Origin: an uncultured cyanobacterium
GTDB taxonomy: Bacteria; Cyanobacteriota; Cyanobacteriia; Cyanobacteriales; Cyanobacteriaceae
Length of the DNA: 64,000 nucleotides
Assembly (NCBI GenBank): GCA_963749915.1
Contig: CAVVOP010000022.1
Coordinates: 544,001-608,000, forward strand
Reading direction: 5' to 3'
Below are positions 51,201 to 60,864 of this stretch, one piece after another (position 1 is the stretch's first letter; each line of letters opens with the position of its first letter). The notes beneath the pieces are model-generated. The model was given only the letters and a program-made list of their open reading frames with translations. It ran no database searches and was not told the origin of the DNA. Both the position numbers and the translations under genes were made by a program.

Positions 51201-53541
51201 TGATTTAATTAATGTCCATGAAGGGATAAACTTATTAAGAGACTTGATTAACTCTTCTGTATCCCAATGGGGAGTAGTGAAGATTAATTGGGAAAAAGTG
51301 GCTCAAAAATTCCCTGATTTGTCGGCCTCTCCTTATTTAACTGATATTATTGCTGAACTAGACCAAAAAACCTTCACCAATCAATCTGTTAACAATCTCT
51401 TTACGGAATTAACTCAAGCTGACAGTCAGGAAAGAGAGATTTTATTAGTGGATTATCTCAAAAAAGCGATCGCTAGCATTTTACATTTTAACCCCGAAGA
51501 AATCAACCCCGATGAGAGTCTTTTAGATTTGGGCATGGATTCTTTGATGGTCATGGAGGTGATTAATTACCTGAAAACTGACTTACAGTTAATGCTATAT
51601 CCTCGTGAATTTTACGAGCGCCCCCGAATTTCTGCATTGGCTGGTTATTTAACCCAAGAATTTGCGACAACTCATGATCAGGCAAAAGACAAACCTCCCT
51701 TTATTTCCTCATCCCCTCAACCCTCATTTGCAGGGACAAAAGAAGGAAATCAAGAGACCACAGGGGACTATCAAACATCTATTGCTAATCCTTCATTGTC
51801 AATGGCTAATTATCAATTATCAATTAATCCTCACCCCATAGCTTTTATTTTATCAAGTCCTCGATCGGGATCAACCCTTTTAAGAGTAATGTTAGCAGGA
51901 CATCCTAATTTAGTCTCACCTCCCGAATTGCATTTACTCCCCTTTGCCGATATGCAACAAAGACAAAAAGAATTAGAGGCTTCTCATCTTGGAGAGGGAT
52001 TAATTCGCACAGTGATGGATTTAAAAAATATCTCCGCCAAAGAAAGTGAAACCCTAGTTAATCAATGGGTAGAAGAAAATTTACCTATCCCTGAGTTATA
52101 TAAAATTTTGCAAGAATTAAGTGGTAATCGTCTGTTGGTAGATAAGTCTCCTACCTATGGTATGGCAAAAGAAACCCTTGACCACGCCCAAAGGATGTTT
52201 CAAGGTGCAAAATATATACATTTAATTCGTCATCCTTATTCGGTGATAGAATCTTTCGTCCGTTTACGCATGGATAAGTTATTGGCGTTGAGTGATGCTA
52301 ACCCCTACGAAATTGCGGAGTCTATCTGGTACAAAACTAATCAGAATATCCTCGATTTTATCAGCCAACTCGATGGCAAAAAAGTCTATCAAGTTTATTA
52401 TGAAGATTTGGTGACACAACCGGCAAAAATCATGAGGGAAATGTGTAACTTTTTAAAAATACCCTTTTCGGAATCCGTCTTAAATCCTTACGAGGGTGAA
52501 AGAATGACAGATGGGGTGCATAGTAAATCTATGTCCGTGGGCGATCCTAGTTTTAATACCCGTCAACACATTGATCCTCAATTAGCTGATCATTGGCGTA
52601 AAATACAGTTACCAATTTTCCTTAATCCTGCCACTGTTAATCTGGCGGAATCTTTTAACTATCAATTACCCCATGATGCACAAAGGTTAGAAATGACGGA
52701 AAAATACGTCAATGTTAGGGGTTTAAATCTCTGTGTTTGTCGTTGGGGAAATCCTAAAAACCCGGTGATCGTTTTAATACATGGCATCTTAGATCAAGGT
52801 TATGCTTGGGAAAAGGTGGCACAATCTCTAGCTAAACAAGGTTATTATATCATTGCTCCTGATTTACGAGGTCATGGAAAATCCGACCATGTAAGTCAGG
52901 GTTGCTCTTATAATTTACTAGATTTTGTCGCCGATTTAGACGGTTTAACCGATGAGTTAACGGATAAACCTTTTACATTGGTGGGACATTCTTTAGGTTC
53001 AATCATTGCCGCCGTTTTCGCTAACATGCGTCTTCAAAAAGTCAATAAATTAGTCTTAGTTGAGCCAGTTTTACCAGTAGAAAGCAATAGCAACCAAGAT
53101 TTGAGCAATATCACTAGTCAATTAGAATATCTGGTGTCGCCTCCTCCCTTGCCAATTTTTCCTGATGTGGAAACCGTAGCCCAAAGATTACGAATGGCAA
53201 CCCATGATTTGACTCCCGACTTTGCTTTAAGTTTGGCAAAACGTACTACTCGCCTCGTCGATAACGGGGTTACTTTTATCTATGCACCCCTGTTAACTAC
53301 CCGCGCTGGTGTGGTCAATAGTATTAATCGAGGACAATATCTACAGTTACTATCACAAATAAATATACCCTTAACAATTATATATGGCGATCGCAGTAAT
53401 TTTAACCGGAAGGAAGATCTGCAAGCACAAGAGTTAGCAATGCCTCAAGCACATAAAGTAACCATTGAAGGAGGACATAATTTACCCTTAGAAAAACCCA
53501 ATAATTTAGCAGCAATAATTTTACAAAAGATAAAAGAGTAA
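45202..53541 (+). CDS. ols: Olefin synthase (FAAL-ACP-KS-AT-KR-ACP-ST-TE type I PKS; terminal alkene biosynthesis)
   Basis: FLQYTSGSTGTPKG (FAAL), GLDSV (ACP), DTACSSS and EAHGTGT (KS), GHSVGE (AT), ITGGLGALG and GQGNYGAAN (KR), GMDSL (ACP), SPRSGSTLLR (sulfotransferase), GHSLG (TE); start taken at ATG 45202. Confidence 0.93.
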   Translation: MGYVKHSNFVNLLQERAVSHPDKVIFTFLGDGETETESLTYQQLDNQAKAIAENLSEIARNLLGNKGEGQRALLLYQPGLEFITAFLGCLYAGIIATPAYPPRQNRSFIRLETIIKDAGALFALTTESLKQKIEQKLTKNSDIICIPTDNIALALAENWQKSPYIQEDNLAFLQYTSGSTGTPKGVMVSHGNLIHNSYLISSYFENNGKSVGCSWLPPYHDMGLIGGILQPIYAAISTIVLPPVSFLQRPIRWLRAISQYKVTTTGGPNFAYEMCINSISEKQKADLDLSSWDLAFSGAEPVRAETIAKFSEYFGDCGFKREAFYPCYGMAETTLIVSGASKNQSPTVKTVSAEALTQNNIIPVNENTPDSQVLVSSGKIAGELQSLIVNPDTLEECAENEVGEIWVKGASVTQGYWQREEATENIFHAYTKDTKSGPFLRTGDLGFISDGELFVTGRLKDLIIVRGRNHYPQDIEESVANCHEAINSENGAAFAIDVADEEQLVVIFEVKRTFFAKINQDEGLKRQIFQQIRQTITENHELQVYSIVLLKTGSIPKTSSGKIARYACRQKFLDNTLQVVAQWDLQGDIKSPTLTTTNPEIASFVKIDLAQESGKLLEIETWLRENIANRLGVTPQAIDVQQPFINYGLDSVEAVRLTADLEDWLDCRLSPTLAYDYPNIATLAHYLAEEKTEEKTTVIPVTNNQSRLNNSKIAIIGMACRFSEAGNCEEYWQLLSQGKDTIKRTHRPNLPYLGGYIDNYDQFDPHFFEISPREAVNIDPQQRILLQVTHEALENANVTVESLSGSNTGVFIGISSSDYAQLQVKNRWDVNVYTGTGNAASISANRISYSYNLLGPSLSVDTACSSSLVAVHLAVNSLKNGECNQAIVGGVNLILSPELTETFQKAGMMAEDGKCKTFSADADGYVRGEGCGVIILKPLGQSITDGDNILAVIHGSAINQDGRSNGLTAPSGKAQQRVIQSAWQNAGITADKINYIEAHGTGTALGDPIELNSLSELLSSHPEQEFPTWVGSAKTNIGHLEAAAGIAGLIKTVLALKHQIIPPSINFTELNPYINLGKSRVKIARESIPWLSSPQPRYAGISSFGFGGTNAHIIVGDNSEKSINENVPLKEDNRPYPTHHLLTISAQTETALGDLITRYQDYLQEKPDINFADICFTANVGRSMLKYKLALVGKNRAEILSQLKLGKTKTVKNSQIAFLFTGQGSQYSKMGYELYQTSPTFKNTVDYCEQILNKYLDKPITEILFNSKNQGLLNQTIYTQPALFVIEYALAKLWLTWGIKPAIVVGHSVGEYVAAAVAGVFSLEDGLKLIAYRGKLMQKLPQDGGMLCLFTNEKNVNKLIKKYGNQVEISVINGDNNVVISGYRKVLVSIESEAIKQKIKAKKLTVSHGFHSFLMESILSEFREIATTINYNLPNLPIISNVTGKANNKEIATAEYWVEHIIKPVKFNQSLALLRQENYQILLEIGAKPILLGMAEHSLNSHNYVYLPSLRKGSSDWRNLLSSLAELYNLGIKINWSNFYQDYPQLKKVQLPNYPWQNQRYWLGDETQNHDLSLDWLYKLHWLKGEDLTVNHDIKNSYLIFAKKQCQGEKLASQLISLGNQVYLVYQGKEYKQQGNCYWLNPCHPEDYENLWRNIHQPIDKIVYFWGLQELAKRETLDLAKTEFFGCLPVIYLLQSLVITAHKTKLWLITQLSQSVTTQDKINPQGGSLWGLGKVIAVEHPEYWGGIIDIDNEENSLHSSLLLGKIKDDSPENMSAIRGENIYYPRLQKQPHGINKNSLQISINDESSYLITGGLGALGIQCAKWLIRQGAKKIILMSRRQPSVTIQRQLESWQQQGIKIIVAKGDVSNFEDLKRVFQQITSSLFPLKGIIHSAGVLADGILTTLTADKLESVMSPKILGTWNLHHLTLDLPLDFFVMFSSVASLLGSAGQGNYGAANGYLDSFASYRHSLNLPALTINWGAFDVGMAELKQHSLTASGIDLINVHEGINLLRDLINSSVSQWGVVKINWEKVAQKFPDLSASPYLTDIIAELDQKTFTNQSVNNLFTELTQADSQEREILLVDYLKKAIASILHFNPEEINPDESLLDLGMDSLMVMEVINYLKTDLQLMLYPREFYERPRISALAGYLTQEFATTHDQAKDKPPFISSSPQPSFAGTKEGNQETTGDYQTSIANPSLSMANYQLSINPHPIAFILSSPRSGSTLLRVMLAGHPNLVSPPELHLLPFADMQQRQKELEASHLGEGLIRTVMDLKNISAKESETLVNQWVEENLPIPELYKILQELSGNRLLVDKSPTYGMAKETLDHAQRMFQGAKYIHLIRHPYSVIESFVRLRMDKLLALSDANPYEIAESIWYKTNQNILDFISQLDGKKVYQVYYEDLVTQPAKIMREMCNFLKIPFSESVLNPYEGERMTDGVHSKSMSVGDPSFNTRQHIDPQLADHWRKIQLPIFLNPATVNLAESFNYQLPHDAQRLEMTEKYVNVRGLNLCVCRWGNPKNPVIVLIHGILDQGYAWEKVAQSLAKQGYYIIAPDLRGHGKSDHVSQGCSYNLLDFVADLDGLTDELTDKPFTLVGHSLGSIIAAVFANMRLQKVNKLVLVEPVLPVESNSNQDLSNITSQLEYLVSPPPLPIFPDVETVAQRLRMATHDLTPDFALSLAKRTTRLVDNGVTFIYAPLLTTRAGVVNSINRGQYLQLLSQINIPLTIIYGDRSNFNRKEDLQAQELAMPQAHKVTIEGGHNLPLEKPNNLAAIILQKIKE

Positions 53542-53623
53542 TAAACTCCGATGATTCAAGTTGTTACCAAAAAATTTAAGAAATTAATCCCCTTCTAACT
53601 GCCATTATTAAAACAGATATTTA

Positions 53624-54532
53624 TCAAGGGTTTTCTTTTGTTAAGTTAATTTTTAAATGGGCAAATTTATTCTCTAAATTATCATTACGACGTACCCGAA
53701 TTAAATAATATCCTTTGTTAGTTAAAGGAGTGCTTTTTTCCAGAAGTTTTGTTATTTTAAACCAACTAATCGGCAAACTACATCTATCGTAAATAGTGAC
53801 GTAAATGTCATAATTATTCAAGGTAAATTTATCTATATTTATGGTTACTAATTCTCCTACATCTAAATAATCATAGAAAAACTTGGTGTCAGTAGCACCT
53901 ACAGGTAAAAATTCATTTTTTATAAAGGATTCAGGTAAATATTTTCTATATTTAAAAATTGTATAAATATAATAATGAATTGCTAAAAAATAAAAGTTTT
54001 TACGGTTAATTAAATGCTCATAAAAATTATTACTATTACTAGGGATTGATTTGGCTTGTATTAGGACTTCCCCGTCAATCTTAACTGCAGGTAAAACCAG
54101 CTGATCATAATAATCATAATATCTTAAGCCGATGGAATACTTTCCCTTTTTTAGGTTTAATGAATACCAATCATCTTCTGAATTCATTTGATTAGATTCA
54201 ACGATGGTTATGGTTTTATAACTAGGAAAATCGTAGAAAATAGCAATCCATGATAGGCAAGAATTGTTAGCAGATTTTAAGTCAATTTTCAAGGAATTAT
54301 TCACAGAAAAAGGACCCAATGTTCCAATAATTGCATGGGTATTCCAACGGGGTGCTTTGGTCATTAATACTCCTAAATTAAGATTAGAGGAGACTAAATT
54401 ATTATCAATAACACGCCACTGGCTTGTTTTTTTTTGGTTTAAACTTAGATAGATAGTATATAAATTGCCCATCAAAAATTTGTTAACTTTAGCGAAGACA
54501 AAGGATAATAAGGCTAAGGGAATTTCTATCAT
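53624..54532 (-). CDS. Conserved cyanobacterial protein (DUF6208-like)
   Basis: EIPLALLSF...QWRV...LMTKAPRWNTHAIIGTLGPF...GKYSIGLRYY...EFLPVG. Confidence 0.65.
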   Translation of the reverse strand: MIEIPLALLSFVFAKVNKFLMGNLYTIYLSLNQKKTSQWRVIDNNLVSSNLNLGVLMTKAPRWNTHAIIGTLGPFSVNNSLKIDLKSANNSCLSWIAIFYDFPSYKTITIVESNQMNSEDDWYSLNLKKGKYSIGLRYYDYYDQLVLPAVKIDGEVLIQAKSIPSNSNNFYEHLINRKNFYFLAIHYYIYTIFKYRKYLPESFIKNEFLPVGATDTKFFYDYLDVGELVTINIDKFTLNNYDIYVTIYDRCSLPISWFKITKLLEKSTPLTNKGYYLIRVRRNDNLENKFAHLKINLTKENP

Positions 54533-54755
54533 AATTAATAATCTACTATATTGAATTTAGACTATGGTAAAGTCAATAATTAAAACATCTATCATAAATT
54601 ATTTTTAACGTCAAATATTGATGAATTAATGAATCTTTTAATCCCCCCATTTCCCCTGGCCAGTTTTTAGGAATAAGTTTTATACCCAACTCACATTAGT
54701 TTGCGGTAGATTTTGAATTATAATTAGGATTGGGAACTAAATTGGGTCAAATTTC

Positions 54756-56936
54756 ATGGATGCAGAGAAGTTAAAAAAGTTAGAAGAAAAACTTTATAAT
54801 GAAACCCCTTTAATTGGCGATCGCATTAGACAACAAGCGGCCAAAGAATTAATCCAAGAAAGAAATCCCCAAACTATCGAATTGATAGCTAATGCCTTTG
54901 TTTTTACTAAGGACAAAAACTTGCAAAACTTAGTTTTAAGTGCATTACGGAACATCAAAATACAGGACAAAGAATTGGTTGATGTAGTGTGCCAAGTGTG
55001 GGCTGAAAGTAGAGATTCAGAATTAGGCAAAATCTTAAAATTAAAAGGGTGGGTAGCCTCAAAACCCTTAGAATTAAGACTTTTAACTGCTTTAAATCTG
55101 GGGTGGCAAGGAGTTATCGAAGAGAATAGTACTATAATTGTTGCCCCTTTGTTATCTTTGTTCCATGATCAAGATGCGTTTATTCGACAAACTGCTAAAG
55201 AATGGTCAGCCTCTTTTACATTTCCTGAGTTACAAGAAGAAGTGTGTCGCCTTGCCAGTGAAGAAAATAATCAGGATGCCTTAGAAGTAGCTACCCGTTG
55301 CGGTTATACCCCTACTGAACCATCCCAAGCCGCTTTATTCTTTTATTTTACGCAGTTGTGGGATAAATACCAAGAAGTTGATCCTGAATACAGATTACTA
55401 GAGGAAACTTATTATAATGCTCCAGAAGAATTAAAAAACCGCATTGATAATCAGGGCAAAGTTCATAAGCGTTTAGAATGGGTATGGATGCTTTTAGGGG
55501 GCAAAGAAGGCAGAAGGGTATCGGAAATTGATTTGCCGCAATGGCATACCATTATTGACTTTTTAGCTAATGGTAAACATTGGGAGACGATTTGGTCATT
55601 AGTTGCTTTTACTCCTGTCGTTTTCGCCAAAGTAATTATGAAGCGTCTCGAAAATAATCGTTGGTTGCCCAAAGATCCTAATGATAAAATTAGGTTTAAT
55701 GAGTTTGCCAAAATCGTCAAAAATGTTAAAACTAAAACTCCTCCTCACCGTAAATTAGTTCGCTGTATTCATACTTTAGAAGGACATACTCAAAGTATAG
55801 AGGCCATCGCTGTTACTCCTGATGGTAAAACAGTAATTAGTGTGGGGGATAATATTATTCGCCTTTGGGATGTCAGTGAAGGACAATTGGTTAAGACCCT
55901 AAAAGGGCATTTAAAAGGTGTCACTAGCATCTGTTTAAGTAAAAACGGTGCAACCTTAGCCAGTGGTAGCCGCGACAAAACCATTTCTATATGGCGCTTA
56001 CCCGACGGGAATTTGTTGGGGAATTTATCGGCAAATGTTGCTTCAGTATGGTCATTGGCCATGACAGAGGATGCTAAAATGCTCGCTAGTGCTAGTTATC
56101 GAGAAATTCGTTTATGGCAATATCCCCCCGGAAAATTATACAAAAATTTGAGAGGACATCAACGGGAAGTCGAAAAAGTAATTATCAGTGACGATGGTAG
56201 TTTATTAATCTCTGCCGGTGGTAAGAATGACAATACTGTCCGAGTTTATTCATTACCCAGTGGAGATCATAAATATACTTTAACCGGTCATGAGGACGGC
56301 ATTTGGGATTTAGCTATTAGTCCTGATAACCAAATTCTGGCAACGGCTAGTCAGGATCACACCGTAAAATTATGGTCATTGTCCGATGGCACAGAAATTG
56401 GGACATTAAAGGGTCATCAGGGTAAAATCTGGTGTTTAGGTATAACCCCCGATGGACAAACTTTAGTAACTGGTAGTGAAGATCACACCGTGAAATTATG
56501 GTCATTATCCACCGGTAAATTAAATAAAACTTTGGCAGGTCATGAAGGGGCGATATTCTGTTTAAATATTAGTAACGATGGTGAATTATTAGCCACAGGA
56601 AGCACGGATAATACTGTCAGACTTTGGAATCTAGATACAGGGGATAATATGGGGGTTTTAACAGGACATCAAGACCAGATTACGACCTTAAAAATCACCG
56701 ATGATGGTCGTACTTTAATAACAGGAAGTCGTGATTGCACCTTAAAACTATGGCGTTGGGATTTATCTCGTCTTTGCAATATCCCCGTTTCAATGATTAC
56801 AAAAGAGGATCAAGAATGGATCGAAAACGCCCTAATCAGCGAGAATATAACCCCAGAGGAACGACACTGGCTGATTTTGATGCAAAAAGTCATAATGAAC
56901 AAACAATTAATAGTACCATCTAGCTTGTCTTATTAA
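54756..56936 (+). CDS. WD40-repeat protein with a helical N-terminal region
   Basis: About eight GH...ASGS.D.TVKLW repeats in the C-terminal half. Confidence 0.9.
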   Translation: MDAEKLKKLEEKLYNETPLIGDRIRQQAAKELIQERNPQTIELIANAFVFTKDKNLQNLVLSALRNIKIQDKELVDVVCQVWAESRDSELGKILKLKGWVASKPLELRLLTALNLGWQGVIEENSTIIVAPLLSLFHDQDAFIRQTAKEWSASFTFPELQEEVCRLASEENNQDALEVATRCGYTPTEPSQAALFFYFTQLWDKYQEVDPEYRLLEETYYNAPEELKNRIDNQGKVHKRLEWVWMLLGGKEGRRVSEIDLPQWHTIIDFLANGKHWETIWSLVAFTPVVFAKVIMKRLENNRWLPKDPNDKIRFNEFAKIVKNVKTKTPPHRKLVRCIHTLEGHTQSIEAIAVTPDGKTVISVGDNIIRLWDVSEGQLVKTLKGHLKGVTSICLSKNGATLASGSRDKTISIWRLPDGNLLGNLSANVASVWSLAMTEDAKMLASASYREIRLWQYPPGKLYKNLRGHQREVEKVIISDDGSLLISAGGKNDNTVRVYSLPSGDHKYTLTGHEDGIWDLAISPDNQILATASQDHTVKLWSLSDGTEIGTLKGHQGKIWCLGITPDGQTLVTGSEDHTVKLWSLSTGKLNKTLAGHEGAIFCLNISNDGELLATGSTDNTVRLWNLDTGDNMGVLTGHQDQITTLKITDDGRTLITGSRDCTLKLWRWDLSRLCNIPVSMITKEDQEWIENALISENITPEERHWLILMQKVIMNKQLIVPSSLSY

Positions 56937-57499
56937 TAATTAACTTCTAATTCAAAATCTGGTAAAACATCCTCTCCTGACAATAAACAAGGCATTTTCA
57001 ATGGTTGGACTGGTTTTTCAGGTTGATAAATTTCTACTTCTCGATCTTGGGGATTAATTAACCAACCTAACCGTAACCCACAGTTTAAATATTCTTGCAT
57101 TTTTGCTTGTAGTAGCTTTAATCTATCACTTTGAGAACGTAATTCAATGACAAAATCAGGGCAAATAGGCGGAAATTGCCGTTTTTCTTCCTCTGTTAAA
57201 CTATTCCATCTTTCTGTCGTAACCCAAGCTACATCAGGAGATCGATCGCCTCCATGTGGTAATTTAAAAACAGTAGATGAACTAAAAACAAATCCCAACC
57301 TACTTTTGTCATTCCAGACACTAACTTTAAAAATTAAATTAGCTTCTCGATTGCCACTTTCTCCACCTACTGGCGACATAATAATTAATTCTCCTTGAGC
57401 ACTTCTTTCCATTGGTATATCGGGGTTACCAAGGCATAGTTGATAAAATCTCTCACTGGTTAACTTTGTCAGAGATTCCATATTAATTACTGTAATCAT
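56933..57499 (-). CDS. Uma2 family endonuclease (DUF820)
   Basis: GELIIMSPVGGESG, RSPDVAWV, ICPDFVIELRS, KMQEY...LGWLINP. Confidence 0.93.
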   Translation of the reverse strand: MITVINMESLTKLTSERFYQLCLGNPDIPMERSAQGELIIMSPVGGESGNREANLIFKVSVWNDKSRLGFVFSSSTVFKLPHGGDRSPDVAWVTTERWNSLTEEEKRQFPPICPDFVIELRSQSDRLKLLQAKMQEYLNCGLRLGWLINPQDREVEIYQPEKPVQPLKMPCLLSGEDVLPDFELEVNY

Positions 57500-57540
57500 A
57501 AAGGATGTATAGTTTGTTTTGCTAACGACAACGACTAAAA

Positions 57541-58458
57541 TTATTGATCTAGATTATCGGTTTCGATAATTGAACCAATACCCTGTAAGGTAGAGAGAAT
57601 TGAGTTAGGATTCATAAACATAACTTTGCTACTGTTGCTACTACCAATAATTTTACCCGTGTCTAAATACTGTTGAGTTAAGAGAAATTGTAAGGCTTTT
57701 TGCGATCCCTCATCGCTGTTAAGTTGCTTCATGATAATTGCCAAAGATTGTGCGGTGGCCTCCGCTTGAAGAAGTTGCTGTTGTTTTTTGGCTTCGGCTT
57801 CCAAAATGGCCGCCTTTTTCGTTGACTCTGCTTCTAACAGTTGCGCTTCAGCCCTACCTTTAGCAGAGTTAACCGCCGAATCTCTCTCTCCTTCAGAATT
57901 TAAAATTATCGCCCGTTTTTTTCTTTCTGCAGTCATTTGTTGTTCCATAGACTGTTGTACTGCGGTGGAAGGAGTAATATCTTTTAATTCTACCCTTAGC
58001 ACTTTTACTCCCCAAGGATCTGTAGCCGTATCTAATTCTCTAAGTAATATATTGTTGATTTCGGTTCGTGCCACGAAAGTCTCATCTAATTCTAACTTGC
58101 CAATTTCTGAGCGAATTTGAGTTAAAACTAAGTTTTCCATGCCCAATTGTAGATTTTCAATCTTATAATAGGCTTTCTCCATATCTACAATACGCCAATA
58201 AACTACAGCATCAACGCTAATGGCAACGTTATCTTTAGTGATGCAGGATTGAGGAGGAACATCTAAAATTTTGTCTCTGATAGTGTCTTTATAAACAACT
58301 TTATCGAGGAAAGGCACGACAAAATTTAATCCTGGAGAAAGTTTTTTATTGTAACTACCAAGACGTTCTACGAGATACTCATTTTTTTCGTTAACGATTT
58401 TTACACTACCAAATAATGCTGAACCGCCTAAAATCACTAAGACTAGTAACTGTTCCAT
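57541..58458 (-). CDS. SPFH/stomatin family protein
   Basis: VERLG.Y...[11 protein letters not shown]...[28 protein letters not shown]. Confidence 0.92.
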   Translation of the reverse strand: MEQLLVLVILGGSALFGSVKIVNEKNEYLVERLGSYNKKLSPGLNFVVPFLDKVVYKDTIRDKILDVPPQSCITKDNVAISVDAVVYWRIVDMEKAYYKIENLQLGMENLVLTQIRSEIGKLELDETFVARTEINNILLRELDTATDPWGVKVLRVELKDITPSTAVQQSMEQQMTAERKKRAIILNSEGERDSAVNSAKGRAEAQLLEAESTKKAAILEAEAKKQQQLLQAEATAQSLAIIMKQLNSDEGSQKALQFLLTQQYLDTGKIIGSSNSSKVMFMNPNSILSTLQGIGSIIETDNLDQ

Positions 58459-58468
58459 AATTTTTCAC

Positions 58469-58918
58469 CTAAAAACTTGAACTTTTTAAAAATCTTGTGG
58501 GTAAAACAGATAAAGTGTTACCGTTTCTACTGACAATATAAACCTTTTCATCGGGAAGAATCTTTATATTTTCGTCGGCACAAGTAGCACTCCATGAATT
58601 GCCTTCATACATAACTTGACCGGTTTTTCCTGGTTCAATGACGGTAATAGTCACCCCTTCTTGTGCTTCCTCTAAAATAGGGTCTTTTCTTTTGGGCATA
58701 ATAAACTTTTTCGTAAGAAGGATTAGGGCTACGGAAATAACCATCCAGAAAATTATTAAAATGTTATTGTCGGGAATTATTAGGGCTAAACCGGCTACAA
58801 TAATAGCACTCACTCCCATGGCAAACTCAACAAAAGCCGTAGGAAAAATAAGTTCTAAAACACATAAAGTACAGCCAATTATGAGCCAAAAAAGTACGGG
58901 AGAAAACATAAAGCTCAT
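58469..58918 (-). CDS. NfeD family protein
   Basis: N-terminal TM helices, G.V.YEGNSWSA OB fold; adjacent to the SPFH gene. Confidence 0.88.
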   Translation of the reverse strand: MSFMFSPVLFWLIIGCTLCVLELIFPTAFVEFAMGVSAIIVAGLALIIPDNNILIIFWMVISVALILLTKKFIMPKRKDPILEEAQEGVTITVIEPGKTGQVMYEGNSWSATCADENIKILPDEKVYIVSRNGNTLSVLPTRFLKSSSF

Positions 58919-59045
58919 TACTATTTATCTATTCTCCTAATATAATCAGATTCTTTGGCTATTGACCATTGTTAGAGTGTATTTCTTCATAATTAGGAGT
59001 TCAGGTTTTAGATTCCCTTGTCTTTCTCCCAAACCCAGACTCAAC

Positions 59046-59900
59046 TTATTTAGTGAAAATTCCCTGAGGGCGAATTAATAATATGCCGATCATAATAATT
59101 AACGCCACTCCCAATTTATATTCAGATCCGAAGAATGGTACACTTAGTTCCTGGGCAACGCCAATAATTAACCCCCCGGCGATCGCACCATAGGGATTAC
59201 CTATGCCTCCCAAAATTACTGCCGCAAACATAGGTAGTATTAAAAACCATCCCATATTGGGGCGTACTGCGGTCATTAAACCGTATAAACCTCCCCCCAT
59301 GGCCGTTAATATCGCGGTAATGATCCAAGTAAATAAAACTACTTGCTCAACATTAATACCTGAAACCCTGGCTAAATCAATATTGTCCGCCACCGCACGC
59401 ATGGCTTTCCCGATTTTGGTATTTTTTAAAATAAGATGAAGTGCCACGATGGCTAGAATAGTTAAAGCAATGACAATAACTCGATAGTAAGCAATTTTTA
59501 TGCCGCCAATATCAATTGCTTCTAAGATAGGTAAATCATAATTTTGGTTACTACCACCCCAAATAAAAAGAATGCCGTTGCGCAAAAATAATGCCAAACC
59601 GATGGAAAGAATAACCAGAGAAGTACTATTCGCCCGTCTATCTCGCATGGGTTTCCATAACAATTGCTCACAGATTAATGCTAAAAGTACTGTGCCCATG
59701 GCACCGACAATCATAGACAACCAAATATTGACACCACTATCATTAACTAACCATGTTAGATAAGCACCCACCGTTAAAAAATCACCGTGGGCAAAATTTG
59801 ATAGTCTCAAAATTCCCAGAGTGAGAGTTAAACCTACGGCCGCTAAAGCAATAACACTACCCACCGCCACACCATTAAAAAGTGATTGTATTGTTTCCAT
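59046..59900 (-). CDS. natD: Branched-chain/neutral amino acid ABC transporter permease (LivH/NatD type)
   Basis: LAAVGLTL..GIL...NFAHGDF, GKAMRAVADN, VILGGIGNPYGAIAG. Confidence 0.85.
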   Translation of the reverse strand: METIQSLFNGVAVGSVIALAAVGLTLTLGILRLSNFAHGDFLTVGAYLTWLVNDSGVNIWLSMIVGAMGTVLLALICEQLLWKPMRDRRANSTSLVILSIGLALFLRNGILFIWGGSNQNYDLPILEAIDIGGIKIAYYRVIVIALTILAIVALHLILKNTKIGKAMRAVADNIDLARVSGINVEQVVLFTWIITAILTAMGGGLYGLMTAVRPNMGWFLILPMFAAVILGGIGNPYGAIAGGLIIGVAQELSVPFFGSEYKLGVALIIMIGILLIRPQGIFTK

Positions 59901-60101
59901 TAATCAAACTTGTTAATTTTTTTTAATATTAAGATTAAATAACCAGTAATCAAAGCATTTAATTGAGAATCCTTGACAAAAAATCATGCAGATTCGCAAT
60001 CACCAATTATAATGTTCACTATGAAGAAAAAATATTATTTACACAATCAACCGCTTTTATTAAACCATTTGATCGCATATTGGAGAAGTTAATCAAAACC
60101 T

Positions 60102-60641
60102 GTGACCTATAGCAACAACAAAAGAACCAGTCAAAGAGATCTACCAAAAATCAATAATAATATTCGTTTTCCTCAAGTGCGGGTAATTGGCACCGAAGGA
60201 GAACAATTGGGCATCCTTGACACCAGAGACGCAAATCGGATGGCTGAGGAACAAGAATTAGACTTAGTATTGGTCAGTGAAACTTCTGATCCTCCTGTTT
60301 GTCGTATCATGGATTACGGCAAGTTTAAATTTGAACAGGAAAAAAAAGCTAGGGCAATTCGCAAAAAGCAACATACGGCGGATATAAAAGAAGTTAAAAT
60401 GCGTTACAAAATTGATGAGCATGATTATCAAGTGCGTGTCAGTCAAGCAAAACGTTTTCTTAATGCTGGGGATAAAGTTAAAGCCACTATTAACTTTAGA
60501 GGCCGAGAAGCACAACACGTTCATTTGGGACAAGAATTACTGGAACGCATGGCTCAAGATTTGGCAGAGATGGCAGAAATCCAACAAAAACCAAAAAAAG
60601 AAGGCCGTAATATGATTATGTTTCTCTCCCCTAAAAAATAG
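60102..60641 (+). CDS. infC: Translation initiation factor IF-3
   Basis: IN..IR...[42 protein letters not shown] start. Confidence 0.96.
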   Translation: MTYSNNKRTSQRDLPKINNNIRFPQVRVIGTEGEQLGILDTRDANRMAEEQELDLVLVSETSDPPVCRIMDYGKFKFEQEKKARAIRKKQHTADIKEVKMRYKIDEHDYQVRVSQAKRFLNAGDKVKATINFRGREAQHVHLGQELLERMAQDLAEMAEIQQKPKKEGRNMIMFLSPKK

Positions 60642-60703
60642 AATGGGGGGACAGGTGTTGGGGGCTGGAGATTATTCAGCCTCTACGGGGGGAGACTAGT
60701 GGA

Positions 60704-60737
60704 AGAATGCAGAATTAAGAATGCAGAATGCAGAATG
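60704..60737. repeat. Heptamer repeat (AGAATGC)-like
   Basis: AGAATGCAGAATTAAGAATGCAGAATGCAGAATG, intergenic. Confidence 0.65.
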
Positions 60738-60864
60738 AAAAATCTTTAATTTCCAAGGCTTAAAAATTAGAAACTCTCGTTTTATTTCCGCACTCTATCA
60801 CTAGAACACTAGAAGAAAATTAATTAATTGTCTATTATCCATTATCCATTAACTATTAACCATT

